Assembly (NCBI GenBank): GCA_964521295.1
Contig: CAZFRF010000001.1
Location: 334,146 to 398,145 of the forward strand
Origin: an uncultured Gammaproteobacteria bacterium
GTDB lineage: Bacteria; Patescibacteriota; Microgenomatia; Levybacterales; UBA12049
Reading direction: 5' to 3'
DNA length: 64,000 bases
In this document: piece after piece, positions 17,877 to 27,884 of the stretch
Position numbering within the stretch: the first letter of the stretch is position 1
Layout of the letters: each line of letters starts with the position of its first letter
Notes under the pieces: generated by a model
Databases searched by the model: none
What the model saw: only the letters and a program-made list of their open reading frames with translations
Told to the model about the DNA's origin: nothing
Translations under genes and position numbers: made by a program

Positions 17877-19064
17877 CTAAACTAATGCAGAAATATAAAT
17901 CTTATTCAACTCTTCAGAAATCTTTGACCAGTCATAATTTTCTTCTACTAACTTTCTACTGTTAATTGTTAATTTTCTATACAAACTAGAATCATTTGCA
18001 AGCTCAACCAAATTATCTGCTAACTCGCTAGCCGATTCACCTGCTAATACATGAGTTTCGTTCTTTGCACCCAAACCTTCTATACCTAAATTAGTAGTAA
18101 CCACTCCTACACCAGTCGACATTGCTTCCAAAATCTTATAACTAGTTCCCCCAGCTGCTCTTAATGGAGCAAGTAGAATAAATGATTTTCTAAAAATATC
18201 ATAAGTTGATTCTTTATTGTTCGTATCAAAAATTATTTCAGGAGAGGAGTAATTTTTAAAATATTCTGGAATATTCCTACCTACTATCCAAAGCTTCAAA
18301 TCAAAATCTTTATTTAACTGTTTATATTTATTTTTTACCTGTGGCCAAATATCTTTAAGGATAAATTCTAAGGCATCTTTATTCTGTAACCACTTAAAGT
18401 CTCCAATAAATAAAACTTTTCTTTCTTGTGCTTGATCTAGAGGTCTGAATTTAAAATTATCTGTATCAACTCCATTAGAGACCACACTAATATTATTTAT
18501 TCCCATTAATTTTTTTTCTATTTCTGAGACAGCAACCAATTTATTAACTTTTTTCCAAATTTGCTCTTCAAATTTTTTAAGTTTTTTAACATCTAAAAGC
18601 AAAAATGGCCTGAGTAAAGGATTTGCAAGACTTGCATATCTTTTATATACCAAATATTCCACGTTATGTTCTACTAATACGATAGGGATATTCACCTTTG
18701 GCAAATTTTGATAAACATAAAATGTTTCTACGTGAATCAAATCGAAGTTTTCCTTAACCAATTCATCTTTTATTAAACTCTTCATTTCTTCACTTGTATG
18801 TCCCACAATTAAAAATGGCTGCTTTGAAAAACCAGTTTTTAATATATTTCCAATACTCCACTGCTTTCTTCTTTTAACTGTAATTACTTTTTTACAAATC
18901 TTTTCTAATTCCTTAATATCTTCATGGGTTTGATTTTCACGCTTCTCACAAATTAAAGTAATTTCATTTTGTCTGGATAAATATTTAATTAAATTATATA
19001 AACGAACGTGCCCCCCAGAATGCAGGGGAAAAGGTAGAAATGAAGAAATCATTAAGATTTTCAT
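17877..19064 (-). CDS. glycosyltransferase (GT4/GT1-like, GT-B fold)
   Basis: 395 aa. C-terminal GGTSYKILEAMSTGVGVVTT motif. Confidence 0.6.
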   Translation of the reverse strand: MKILMISSFLPFPLHSGGHVRLYNLIKYLSRQNEITLICEKRENQTHEDIKELEKICKKVITVKRRKQWSIGNILKTGFSKQPFLIVGHTSEEMKSLIKDELVKENFDLIHVETFYVYQNLPKVNIPIVLVEHNVEYLVYKRYASLANPLLRPFLLLDVKKLKKFEEQIWKKVNKLVAVSEIEKKLMGINNISVVSNGVDTDNFKFRPLDQAQERKVLFIGDFKWLQNKDALEFILKDIWPQVKNKYKQLNKDFDLKLWIVGRNIPEYFKNYSSPEIIFDTNNKESTYDIFRKSFILLAPLRAAGGTSYKILEAMSTGVGVVTTNLGIEGLGAKNETHVLAGESASELADNLVELANDSSLYRKLTINSRKLVEENYDWSKISEELNKIYISALV

Positions 19065-20497
19065 GGTTTTTGCAATAAATCAAATATAACATATTCTTTG
19101 TTTGCTTCTATAATCTTATATGTTTTACCAATCTCCAAATCCTTTGCCGTAGGGTTAATTAAAATTAAATAAGTTGCTCCCATTTGCATTAGCTCAGGAA
19201 CAGATTTTTCAAAACTAGCCCAGCCTTTTCTTTTAGTTTGATACAAAAATGATGTATCACCATTATAATTTGCAATTACTTTTGCATTCTTTGGCGTTAA
19301 TCTATCAACAGCCTGACCAGCATGAACAATAGAAATCTCATTAATATTAAAATAATCTTTAACGTACTGACCACTTACTAAAAATGAAGCTGAAGTTAAA
19401 ATTATTAATACCACTAACAATAAATATTTATTTACTATCTTAAAACTCAACCAATTACTCGCACCTAAGCCGAGAAAGATTGCAATACTTGGAATAATTA
19501 AAATTTGATAATAATCATGCGTAACATTACCTGTTGCAAGAGTAACCATATATACTCCACTTGAAAATAGAAAGGATATGGCAAAGAATAAATTTTTATC
19601 AATATTTTTAACAAAACTTAAAATAAAAATGGGCAAACCAAAAAATCCAAGTATTAACTTAAAAAATCTTTCATATACAATCCAATAAAAAAATGACGGT
19701 CTAAATCTAATATGGTTTCCATTAAATAACCAATTACTTTGAGGAATTCCTTCAGGATATTGCAACATCCAGTACCTCCACATAAACAAGGGAATAACAG
19801 ACAAGATCACAAAACTCCAAACTGCCTTATTAGAGAGTATTTTTTTATCAAATTTCTCATATGCTAAATATAAAATTGGCAATATAAAAAATATTGCATA
19901 CGGCTTAAGTAGTAATGCGCTAATTGAAAATATTATTGAAATAATTAGATTTTTTTCTAATAATTTAGTTTTCTTTTGCAAAATCCAATTCTGGAAAAAA
20001 TAAATACTTCCAAGACTTGCAGTTACCATTAAGGGGTCTGGCAATATTGTGCGCGAATAATAAATATTAAAAGGGATAAATAGAAAAAAAAGTGCAGACC
20101 AAAACCCTGCAATAAAATTAAACCTTTTTGAAATAATTTTGTAGATAAAAAATGCTGAGAAAAGAGAACCAATAATACTAACCAGCCTTCCCCATTCCTC
20201 TAATGTAAATACCCCTAAATATTTAAAACCTACTGCTTGTAAGACATTGTAGATTGGAAATTCAACGAATCTATAGCCATTTGGATTATCATACTTATTT
20301 GTAGGAACATTCGAGATATCATCGAAACGTGGATGAAGTAAATCAAAACCATTATCAACGAAATTTCGTGAAACCGAAGAGGTATCTGCCTGTCTCCAGG
20401 AGTGCCAATCAGCAATTGAACTATCAAATCTATAGAGCCTGACAATAAATCCTAAAGTAAAGAGTGCTACTAAAAGAAATGTTTTAAGCTTATTCAT
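19061..20497 (-). CDS. polytopic GT-C-fold glycosyltransferase (PMT/ArnT-like)
   Basis: 478 aa with about 11 TM helices. First-loop motif DWHSWRQADTSSVSRNF sits where the acidic DE motif lies in ArnT/PMT. Confidence 0.5.
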   Translation of the reverse strand: MNKLKTFLLVALFTLGFIVRLYRFDSSIADWHSWRQADTSSVSRNFVDNGFDLLHPRFDDISNVPTNKYDNPNGYRFVEFPIYNVLQAVGFKYLGVFTLEEWGRLVSIIGSLFSAFFIYKIISKRFNFIAGFWSALFFLFIPFNIYYSRTILPDPLMVTASLGSIYFFQNWILQKKTKLLEKNLIISIIFSISALLLKPYAIFFILPILYLAYEKFDKKILSNKAVWSFVILSVIPLFMWRYWMLQYPEGIPQSNWLFNGNHIRFRPSFFYWIVYERFFKLILGFFGLPIFILSFVKNIDKNLFFAISFLFSSGVYMVTLATGNVTHDYYQILIIPSIAIFLGLGASNWLSFKIVNKYLLLVVLIILTSASFLVSGQYVKDYFNINEISIVHAGQAVDRLTPKNAKVIANYNGDTSFLYQTKRKGWASFEKSVPELMQMGATYLILINPTAKDLEIGKTYKIIEANKEYVIFDLLQKP

Positions 20498-20531
20498 TAA
20501 CTTTATTATAATCCTTTTACTTTAAAAGGGG

Positions 20532-23500
20532 TTAATTACCTAAGGTCTTATCAATTTGCCTTACGCTTCCATCATCATTAAACTGTAAAACAATTTTATT
20601 GAAATCAAGACCAGCATTATGTACTGCATCGGCAGCAGTTGGATAAGTATAAATTCTTGCTTGAGGATTTTTGAATGCAAACCACGTCGCATCTTCAAGA
20701 CCCACTGGGAAAACCCAAGCATCACCAGATTTAATAGGAACATTTACAAAATGGAATTCAACTTTATCCTGTGACCAAAAATTGGTATATTGAGCGTCAA
20801 GGGAAATAAAGAAATTCTCAACTTTTTGACCAGCACCTGCCCAATCAAAGTATGCTTGCTGAATTTGAATAATTTGGAAAAGAGAATAAATTAATATAAA
20901 AATTGTTACTGTTAATAAAGCAATTTCCTTACCTGTTTTTCGCAATGTATCATAAAACTTCTTAATATAATAAACAAAGATAATAATTACTCCTAATGAA
21001 GCTAAGTAACTATATCTTGACGCAATATTACCTAAGCCTAGATATGTAATAAGTGAGGCAATAAAGAAAAGACTTCCAAAAATCACAATTCTTCTGTCTT
21101 CTCCTCTGAAAAGTTTAATTTTTCTAATATAGATTAAAACGACTGCAGACAATAAAATTAAACCTAAGATGATAGCAACTATTAGATTTGCTCTAAAAAG
21201 ATTTCTTAACACATTGTAAATCGCCACTGTATCTTGACCAACCAAAATAAGCATTAGATATCCAAAAACATTTCCAATAATATTAAATGGTAACTTAACC
21301 AAATCGTAACTGTAATCTCCATTAAACCAATGACTATGTGCAATAAATCTAATTGCTAAATAACCTAAGATTGGAAAGAATAAAGCTAAATACTCTTTCT
21401 TTGTAAAAAAATTCTTTAATGCCTGGGTAAAACCATCCTTAGCTTGATAGCTCAAGATTAAGAATGGCACTATTACTCCCATTTCATGGAACATCAATGA
21501 ACCTATGATAAATAAAAGTGACAAAAGATAATAAATTATTTTTTTGCTTTCAAAATATTTAATAAAAGACAATAATGTTAAAAGAGCAAAGAACGATGAG
21601 ACAACTTGACCAATTGATGCAATCCAAAAGACTGCCTCTGAATAACCTGCAATTATTAAAAACAAAAATGCTGCAACTGCAGACATTAATTTATTTTTAT
21701 AGAGCTTAAGCGACAAAAAGTAAAACAAAACAGCAACTGCAAAATGCATCACAAGTGAAAATGCATGATATACAAATGGATTTAACCAAAATACTGATTC
21801 AAAAATATAAAAATATAACTTTGTACCAGGTCGGTAAAAGAAACCATTAGAGTTAACAAAAAAATTAATTATTCTCCCAATTAATGAACAATCGCCTCCG
21901 CAATCTGATGCCCATCTTAGCCATGTAAAATCATCTCCTATAAAAAAATTAGAAAGCATTGGAGAATACAAAATCAAAGCAAAACCGAGTAGATAAACTG
22001 CTATTGCAACATGTGATGTAGAGATTTTAATGAATTCTTCCTTTAAGCTAATTTCCTTACCTTGATATTGCATAACTAAAGCAAGAGTAATACCAATTAA
22101 CGTCCATAGAACAAATGCGATTTTGGAAGCTTCAAACACATCAATCAAAGTGGCATTTAAAAATAACCCAACAGTACCTGCAATAAAACCAACTACAAAA
22201 CTCTTAACAAGTGGGGAATCGATATTTTTATAAGCATTTTTTACATAGATACCAAAAGAAATAAAAATCCCAAAAAATGCTAAAAAGCCAAACATACCAA
22301 TCTCACCTAGCATTCTTAAGTAATTATTATCAACTGCCAAGCTGACTGATCCATATCCACTTCCTAGGAAAATATTGCGCATAAATGCTGCAAAGGTCCT
22401 TGGCCATTCACCCTGAAATCTGGTTGTAAAAGATAAATCATAAGCAGCAGCTTTTTTAACTATAAAGTCTCCGTGAAGCACCAATACTTGAGCAGAAAAT
22501 GTTGCCTCAATATTTTCAGGTAATTCATAGAAAAAATTACCTAAACGATTTGTAACAGGCGATAAGGTTAAATTAATATAGCCTGTACCCTGAGGTAAAC
22601 TTTCTCCATTGGATACATTTGTTGCTAAAACTAATGGAACACTTTGAGGAATAAATTCATACGCCAAAAGTGCTGATTCAGATGATTTTAAAGTATCTGG
22701 ATCACCTGTTATTGCGCCAACCAACTCCTCTTCATTAGCAACTCTTTTTTGCAAAACTATTTTATCTTTAAAATAATCTTTAGGAACAAATTTAACATGC
22801 CCAACTGAATCTCCAGTTTTAGCATCAACTAAGACATCTACCGTTGCTACGGTTGATTTAAATCTATCTAAAAGCGATGGCTGATAACTTAAAAATGCAA
22901 ACGCAAAAATCACCGTTAGAGGAAGGATAATAAGGACCAACTTTTTTTTATGAAAAAACAATACAATAAAAAGAGAAACAAAAAGAACTAAGAATGAAAC
23001 TCTAGAAACAGTCCAAAATAAAACAACTAACCCAAGCACAGATGTAACTACAGTAATAATTTTAATTAACCAATTTTTAAAACCAAAAAATAAACTAGCA
23101 ACTAGTGGGATTATTAAAACTAAATATGCAGCTAAATCGTAATGACCTGCAAAAGTTGATGAAACTCTAGATAAACCCGAAAGCTGAATTGGAATTCCTT
23201 TTGCAAATTCCTCATTCATCGTTAAGTAAGCTGGAAAACCCAAATATTTTTGACCAAATCCATAAAATATTACACCAAGTAAGGTAAGAATAATTACACC
23301 AATAACTATTGGTAATCTTGGTTTTTCCTTGAAACCTTGGTAGGCGATGAAAAATAAGCTCATATATTCTACATGCCTAACTAAAGATAAGAAGGCTACA
23401 TTTGGAAAAACATTTGCAATTGTAGGAAAAACTAACAGTATCCCATGCATCGTCGACAAACCACCAATTATCCAGAAGATTAAAATCGGCAAGGTAAGAG

Positions 23501-23708
23501 GAGTTTTTAATGTAATTTTTTCCTTAAGCAATAGAATTACCCAGGACAAAAGTACAAACACAACCAAAAAATCTTCTGTTCTTACATAAACCCAGGTATT
23601 TTTAACATCAACTATTGGAATTTTGGGGAAAAGAGGAATGACAATTAAAAGGATGAGTGTTTCAATAAACAAAATATTATCGTAAATAAAATTCAAGATT
23701 TTTTTCAT
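20532..23708 (-). CDS. large membrane protein (1058 aa): N-terminal O-antigen ligase/polymerase-like (Wzy_C) domain fused to a second GT-C-like polytopic domain and a C-terminal soluble domain
   Basis: GLSRVSSTFAGHYDLAAYL and GSGYGSVSLAVDNNYLRMLGEIGMFG match the Wzy_C/O-antigen-ligase pattern, with a large periplasmic loop between them. The second half contains IGDDFTWLRWASD in the first loop of a new TM bundle. Confidence 0.5.
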   Translation of the reverse strand: MKKILNFIYDNILFIETLILLIVIPLFPKIPIVDVKNTWVYVRTEDFLVVFVLLSWVILLLKEKITLKTPLTLPILIFWIIGGLSTMHGILLVFPTIANVFPNVAFLSLVRHVEYMSLFFIAYQGFKEKPRLPIVIGVIILTLLGVIFYGFGQKYLGFPAYLTMNEEFAKGIPIQLSGLSRVSSTFAGHYDLAAYLVLIIPLVASLFFGFKNWLIKIITVVTSVLGLVVLFWTVSRVSFLVLFVSLFIVLFFHKKKLVLIILPLTVIFAFAFLSYQPSLLDRFKSTVATVDVLVDAKTGDSVGHVKFVPKDYFKDKIVLQKRVANEEELVGAITGDPDTLKSSESALLAYEFIPQSVPLVLATNVSNGESLPQGTGYINLTLSPVTNRLGNFFYELPENIEATFSAQVLVLHGDFIVKKAAAYDLSFTTRFQGEWPRTFAAFMRNIFLGSGYGSVSLAVDNNYLRMLGEIGMFGFLAFFGIFISFGIYVKNAYKNIDSPLVKSFVVGFIAGTVGLFLNATLIDVFEASKIAFVLWTLIGITLALVMQYQGKEISLKEEFIKISTSHVAIAVYLLGFALILYSPMLSNFFIGDDFTWLRWASDCGGDCSLIGRIINFFVNSNGFFYRPGTKLYFYIFESVFWLNPFVYHAFSLVMHFAVAVLFYFLSLKLYKNKLMSAVAAFLFLIIAGYSEAVFWIASIGQVVSSFFALLTLLSFIKYFESKKIIYYLLSLLFIIGSLMFHEMGVIVPFLILSYQAKDGFTQALKNFFTKKEYLALFFPILGYLAIRFIAHSHWFNGDYSYDLVKLPFNIIGNVFGYLMLILVGQDTVAIYNVLRNLFRANLIVAIILGLILLSAVVLIYIRKIKLFRGEDRRIVIFGSLFFIASLITYLGLGNIASRYSYLASLGVIIIFVYYIKKFYDTLRKTGKEIALLTVTIFILIYSLFQIIQIQQAYFDWAGAGQKVENFFISLDAQYTNFWSQDKVEFHFVNVPIKSGDAWVFPVGLEDATWFAFKNPQARIYTYPTAADAVHNAGLDFNKIVLQFNDDGSVRQIDKTLGN

Positions 23709-23711
23709 AAG

Positions 23712-24275
23712 TTATCTAAACCAAGCTGCTCTACCGAGTTTATAGTTAGGATTTTTATTCTGTCTTTCGCCTATTTCTTTTGCAGGAACTCCGCCAACTA
23801 TTTTAAAATCTTCAACATCTTTAGTGACCACAGCACCAGCTCCAACTACTGCTCCTTTACCAATTTTTACACCCGGTAAAATTATTACTCTTGGACCAAT
23901 AAAAACATAGTCACCAATTTCAACAGTTTTAGTTATAACCTGATCTGGGTTTGCAAAATCTTCAGCTGACATATCATGCTGAGAGTTGTAAATCATAACT
24001 TCTGATGCAACATCAACATGATCCCCAATAACAAGTAGGCCCCTACCATCCAAAACTACGTTTTCACCAATAATAGTATCATTTCCAATTTTAATATTTG
24101 GTGGGTAATAAAAAACTGCACCCATATGTATAGTAGATCCACTCCCGATCCTTATTCCCCAAAATCTATAAATAAATCTTCTTATAAAATGAGAAGGAAT
24201 ATAACCAGCTAGTTTTAATTTATAATTAATAAGCTCCCAGAAAATTGTTTTTACTCTTCTAATTATTTTATTCAT
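23712..24275 (-). CDS. hexapeptide-repeat sugar O-acetyltransferase (left-handed beta-helix)
   Basis: Hexapeptide repeats IGNDTIIGENVVLDG...IGDHVDVASEV. Start reassigned to MNKII at 24275, giving an ATGA overlap with the upstream GT4. Confidence 0.7.
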   Translation of the reverse strand: MNKIIRRVKTIFWELINYKLKLAGYIPSHFIRRFIYRFWGIRIGSGSTIHMGAVFYYPPNIKIGNDTIIGENVVLDGRGLLVIGDHVDVASEVMIYNSQHDMSAEDFANPDQVITKTVEIGDYVFIGPRVIILPGVKIGKGAVVGAGAVVTKDVEDFKIVGGVPAKEIGERQNKNPNYKLGRAAWFR

Positions 24276-25366
24276 TTTATAGACTCTAAAACGCTGAGTG
24301 TTTCTTTGGCAGTTTTCTCCCAAGAAAACTTCTTTATTTGATTATAGCCTTTTTTTATCATTTCTTCTCTAAGACTAGAGGAATCAATAACTTTTTGCAG
24401 CGTATTAGCAATATCTAAAGGATTATTTGGATCAAAGTATAAAGCAGCGTCTCCTCCCGCCTCGGGCAAAGATGAGACATTACTTGCTACAACTGGGCAA
24501 CCATACTTCATTGCCTCAAGTACTGGCAAACCAAAACCCTCATACAAAGAAGGCAGGGCAAAGCAAAGAGCATTTTTATATAAACTTGGTAAATCCTCAT
24601 CTGCAACAAAATCTAAAAACTTAACCTTCTCCCCTACCCCATACTTAGCTGGTGCTGATAAAATATCTGCGTATTGCCACCCTTTCTTACCCACAATTAT
24701 AAGATTTAGTTTATTATTTTTTAATTTTGAGAATGCCTCAATTAGCTTAACTATATTCTTACGGGGCTGAAGAGTACCTACAAACAAAATGTAATCTGAT
24801 TCTATTCCAAATTTTTTTCTTAAATCTTCCATGCTGTAATTTTTAATAGATTCATTATTTTTAATCCCTAAGTAAGTGGGATGTATTTTTCCTGAATCTA
24901 CTGCGTATTCTTTGATTATATCATTACGAGAAGAATTACTAATAGTAAAAATTGCTGCTGCATTTTTAATTGAGTACTTAGACCAATTTTGTAATTGATA
25001 TAGATCTTTTTTATTAAAAAGCTCTGGAAAATAAATATATGAAAGATCCATTATAGAAATCGCTGTCGGAACTGGTGATAATCTAGGCGCGTAATGCGTG
25101 GGACTAAAAAAAATGTCTGGTTTTTTTCCAAAATATAAGGATAAAGGTAGTCCAAACTGTGTCCACATTTTTCTAGGACCCACCAGCTTATAGGTAAAAT
25201 TCGCAGAAGGAGTCGGCATGTCAGACAAAGGTCTATCTTTTAAATAAATGATAAATTCATGATCAGTTTTTAGCTTAGAAAATTCTAAGATTAACTGATA
25301 GGCATATTCACTTATGCCAACTCTTTTTTGAACATTTGCTTCATTACCATCAATTCCAATAATCAT
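24272..25366 (-). CDS. glycosyltransferase family 4
   Basis: EGFGLPVLEAMKYGCPVVAS. Starts MIIGIDGNE. Confidence 0.7.
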   Translation of the reverse strand: MIIGIDGNEANVQKRVGISEYAYQLILEFSKLKTDHEFIIYLKDRPLSDMPTPSANFTYKLVGPRKMWTQFGLPLSLYFGKKPDIFFSPTHYAPRLSPVPTAISIMDLSYIYFPELFNKKDLYQLQNWSKYSIKNAAAIFTISNSSRNDIIKEYAVDSGKIHPTYLGIKNNESIKNYSMEDLRKKFGIESDYILFVGTLQPRKNIVKLIEAFSKLKNNKLNLIIVGKKGWQYADILSAPAKYGVGEKVKFLDFVADEDLPSLYKNALCFALPSLYEGFGLPVLEAMKYGCPVVASNVSSLPEAGGDAALYFDPNNPLDIANTLQKVIDSSSLREEMIKKGYNQIKKFSWEKTAKETLSVLESIK

Positions 25367-25368
25367 AA

Positions 25369-25893
25369 TTAAACTCCAGCATTAATAACCACTAACTTAC
25401 TTGCATCTATTCCTAAGATTTCAATTGCATCTTTTTTTGTTGATTCAGAAATACATAAAATTCGCTCTGTTTCTTTCTTAACCCAAGCTATTTTTTTCTT
25501 TTGCACCTCGACAATTGAATTTGCTGTTTCATTAGGATATTTATAAACAATTAAATCATAAAGGATAGTAACTTTCGAAGCATTTTTGACTGGTGGCTCC
25601 GTCCAATCAGAAGATATAAAAACATCAACACTACCAATCAAGCTTTCAATTGGCAAAATATGCAAATTGTTCCAGATGATATTTAAGAATGCTTGCGGAA
25701 ACTTAAACTTTTTAATAGTTACGTTTTCATTTTTTATATTTAATTCTGGCATAACTCCTCTTAATGAGGAAAAAAACAAGACATATTGATTCTTAGTATC
25801 AACCTCTAAAAGATTTTCTAATAAATTCTTTAAATAATTAGCTACACCAGTTTTTTCATAAGCAAGTTGTGAGATATCTATTCCAATCTTCAT
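25369..25893 (-). CDS. GT4 N-terminal domain only (174 aa); possible remnant of a duplicated glycosyltransferase
   Basis: MKIGIDISQLAYEKTGVANYLKNLLENL is a GT4 N-domain start. The ORF ends before any C-terminal EX7E region. The next gene is a complete GT4. Confidence 0.45.
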   Translation of the reverse strand: MKIGIDISQLAYEKTGVANYLKNLLENLLEVDTKNQYVLFFSSLRGVMPELNIKNENVTIKKFKFPQAFLNIIWNNLHILPIESLIGSVDVFISSDWTEPPVKNASKVTILYDLIVYKYPNETANSIVEVQKKKIAWVKKETERILCISESTKKDAIEILGIDASKLVVINAGV

Positions 25894-26108
25894 ATTATCC
25901 TTTCTTTAATAATCATAATTAAAATTGAGAGAATAAGAAAGAAAAAACCGTAATAGACAAGATGCTGAGCGGTAAAGAAGAGTTGTAAAAAAAATAAAGG
26001 AATAGAAAGAGCTAAAGATCCTAGACCAAAATAAGTACTAAGTTTTGAATCTTTTTTGTAAATTAAAAAAACAAATACTAATAAAAACAAAATGTCTTGA
26101 ATTTTCAC
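25890..26108 (-). CDS. small 2-TM membrane protein (72 aa), possibly GtrA-like
   Basis: Two hydrophobic helices. Overlaps the upstream GtrB-like gene. Confidence 0.35.
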   Translation of the reverse strand: MKIQDILFLLVFVFLIYKKDSKLSTYFGLGSLALSIPLFFLQLFFTAQHLVYYGFFFLILSILIMIIKERII

Positions 26109-27040
26109 TCTGATTTATATTTTATTATGTCATCTAAGGTTTTAGAAGTCTTTCCTTTTTCAGATAGATTAATAATTAAATCTGCGGTAAAACCTGCAAA
26201 AAGAATCTGAAGACCAGCCAAAACTAAAAGCATTCCGAATGTTAAAAGTGGCCTGGTTCCAATTGATTGTCCTAAGAAATGGACTATTGTTAAGTACAAT
26301 AGAATAAAAAATCCTATTACCCCAACTATTCCACCAACTAATCCAAAAAAATGAAGGGGTCTTTTTGCATACTTTGTTAAGAAAAGTATTGTAAACATGT
26401 CGGGAATATCTTTAAAGACTTTAGAAAACCCATATTTTGACTTACCAAACTTTCTTGGCTCATGAATTACTGGTATTTCTGTTACCTCAAATCCTTTTTC
26501 AGAAACTAAAAGAGGAATAAATCTATGCATCCCACCATATAAAACAACACTCTTAGCTGCATCTTTTGTGTAAAGTTTTAATCCACAATTATAATCATGG
26601 AGATGAACGCCCCAAAAAGCTGACATTAAGAAATTAAAAAGCTTTGAAGGAAGCTTCATGTAAAATGCATCTTTTCTGTTTTTTCTCCAGCCTGAAACCA
26701 AATCAAAGCCTTCTTTGGATCTTTTAAGTAAATTTTCAATCTCTTCTGGCATATCCTGCAAATCCGCATCAAGGGTAACAATGTGCTCTCCACTTGCAAC
26801 ATTAAATCCGTAAGTTAAAGCTTCAGATTTTCCCTGATTTCTTCTAAATGAAAATACTTTAACAGACTTATCTTTTGTTAATAATTTTTTAAGAATATCT
26901 AAAGAAGAATCCGTTGACCCATCATCAATAAAGATGATTTCGTGATTTGAGTCAATTTTTATGAGTGCATTTTTAAGCCTGGGATAAAATTTATCTAAAC
27001 TTTCCTCTTCGTTAAAAACAGGAATAACTGCCGATATCAT
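26105..27040 (-). CDS. polyprenyl-phosphate glycosyltransferase (GtrB/ArnC/DPM1-like GT2 with C-terminal TM helices)
   Basis: VIPVFNEEESL, IFIDDGSTDSS, DADLQDMPEEI, and two C-terminal TM helices. Confidence 0.75.
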   Translation of the reverse strand: MISAVIPVFNEEESLDKFYPRLKNALIKIDSNHEIIFIDDGSTDSSLDILKKLLTKDKSVKVFSFRRNQGKSEALTYGFNVASGEHIVTLDADLQDMPEEIENLLKRSKEGFDLVSGWRKNRKDAFYMKLPSKLFNFLMSAFWGVHLHDYNCGLKLYTKDAAKSVVLYGGMHRFIPLLVSEKGFEVTEIPVIHEPRKFGKSKYGFSKVFKDIPDMFTILFLTKYAKRPLHFFGLVGGIVGVIGFFILLYLTIVHFLGQSIGTRPLLTFGMLLVLAGLQILFAGFTADLIINLSEKGKTSKTLDDIIKYKSE

Positions 27041-27052
27041 AAATATATTCTA

Positions 27053-27883
27053 TCATTTTTTAAACCTGTAACCAAATATAATAAAAGCAATAGTAATAAT
27101 AAGAGTAATTATGCTTATTATTAACCCTATTGAAACATACTGCTGAGGCAAATAATATACTTTTAATTTATATGATCCTTTACTATCCAACCTAAAACTA
27201 TTAAAAATACCATATTTTTCGGATTTGACTTGTTTACCATCTAAGATTGCTACCCAACCTGAATTATAATTTTCTGTAAATATTAATAAATCTTTTGCCT
27301 CTACCCCACTTAGATCTAAGTTATATTCAACCGGACTTATGTACTTATATTTAATATTTAGCTTTGATGAATTACTCCAAAAATGATCCCTAAAACCCTC
27401 TATTTTAAAAACTGCAATTCTATCAAAACCCTTAACTTCTTTCATCCAAGGAATTTTTCTAATATTTACAATTGTATTTAAATACAATTTATTATTATAT
27501 TTTCTATCTTTAATAAATATTTCCCCATGTGAATCATATGGAATAATAATATGCTCTATTCCAAGGTCAAAAAATAAATTCTTTGTGTTTTCATCCTTTA
27601 GCTTTGCTAATAACTTAGGTAAATCCGATGTTTGAAAAAAATCTTGCGCTGAAATGGCAGGATGCTGATTACTATAAAAACCAAATCTTTGTAATTTTGG
27701 AAACCAGATTGTTCTTGAAAAATAATCTTTCTTATCTAAGTATTTTTCAAGACTTATGTATTCGGTTGGCATTTCAATCTTTTTAAAAGTACCATTTATT
27801 TCTCCTAAAATTGCAGGCTTAATTAAAAACAGAAGAAAAGCTATTGTTAAAAGTAAAAATATGAATGGAATAATCTTTTTCAT
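27053..27883 (-). CDS. bitopic protein with a periplasmic domain and C-terminal TM helix; resembles the C-terminal module of YfhO-like GT-C enzymes
   Basis: C-terminal GIFNSFRLDSKGSYKLKVYYLP plus a TM helix parallels the C-terminus of the intact 55709..57349 protein (GIMLFNLSKGEYLVRVVF plus TM). Confidence 0.45.
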   Translation of the reverse strand: MKKIIPFIFLLLTIAFLLFLIKPAILGEINGTFKKIEMPTEYISLEKYLDKKDYFSRTIWFPKLQRFGFYSNQHPAISAQDFFQTSDLPKLLAKLKDENTKNLFFDLGIEHIIIPYDSHGEIFIKDRKYNNKLYLNTIVNIRKIPWMKEVKGFDRIAVFKIEGFRDHFWSNSSKLNIKYKYISPVEYNLDLSGVEAKDLLIFTENYNSGWVAILDGKQVKSEKYGIFNSFRLDSKGSYKLKVYYLPQQYVSIGLIISIITLIITIAFIIFGYRFKK

Positions 27884-27884
27884 A

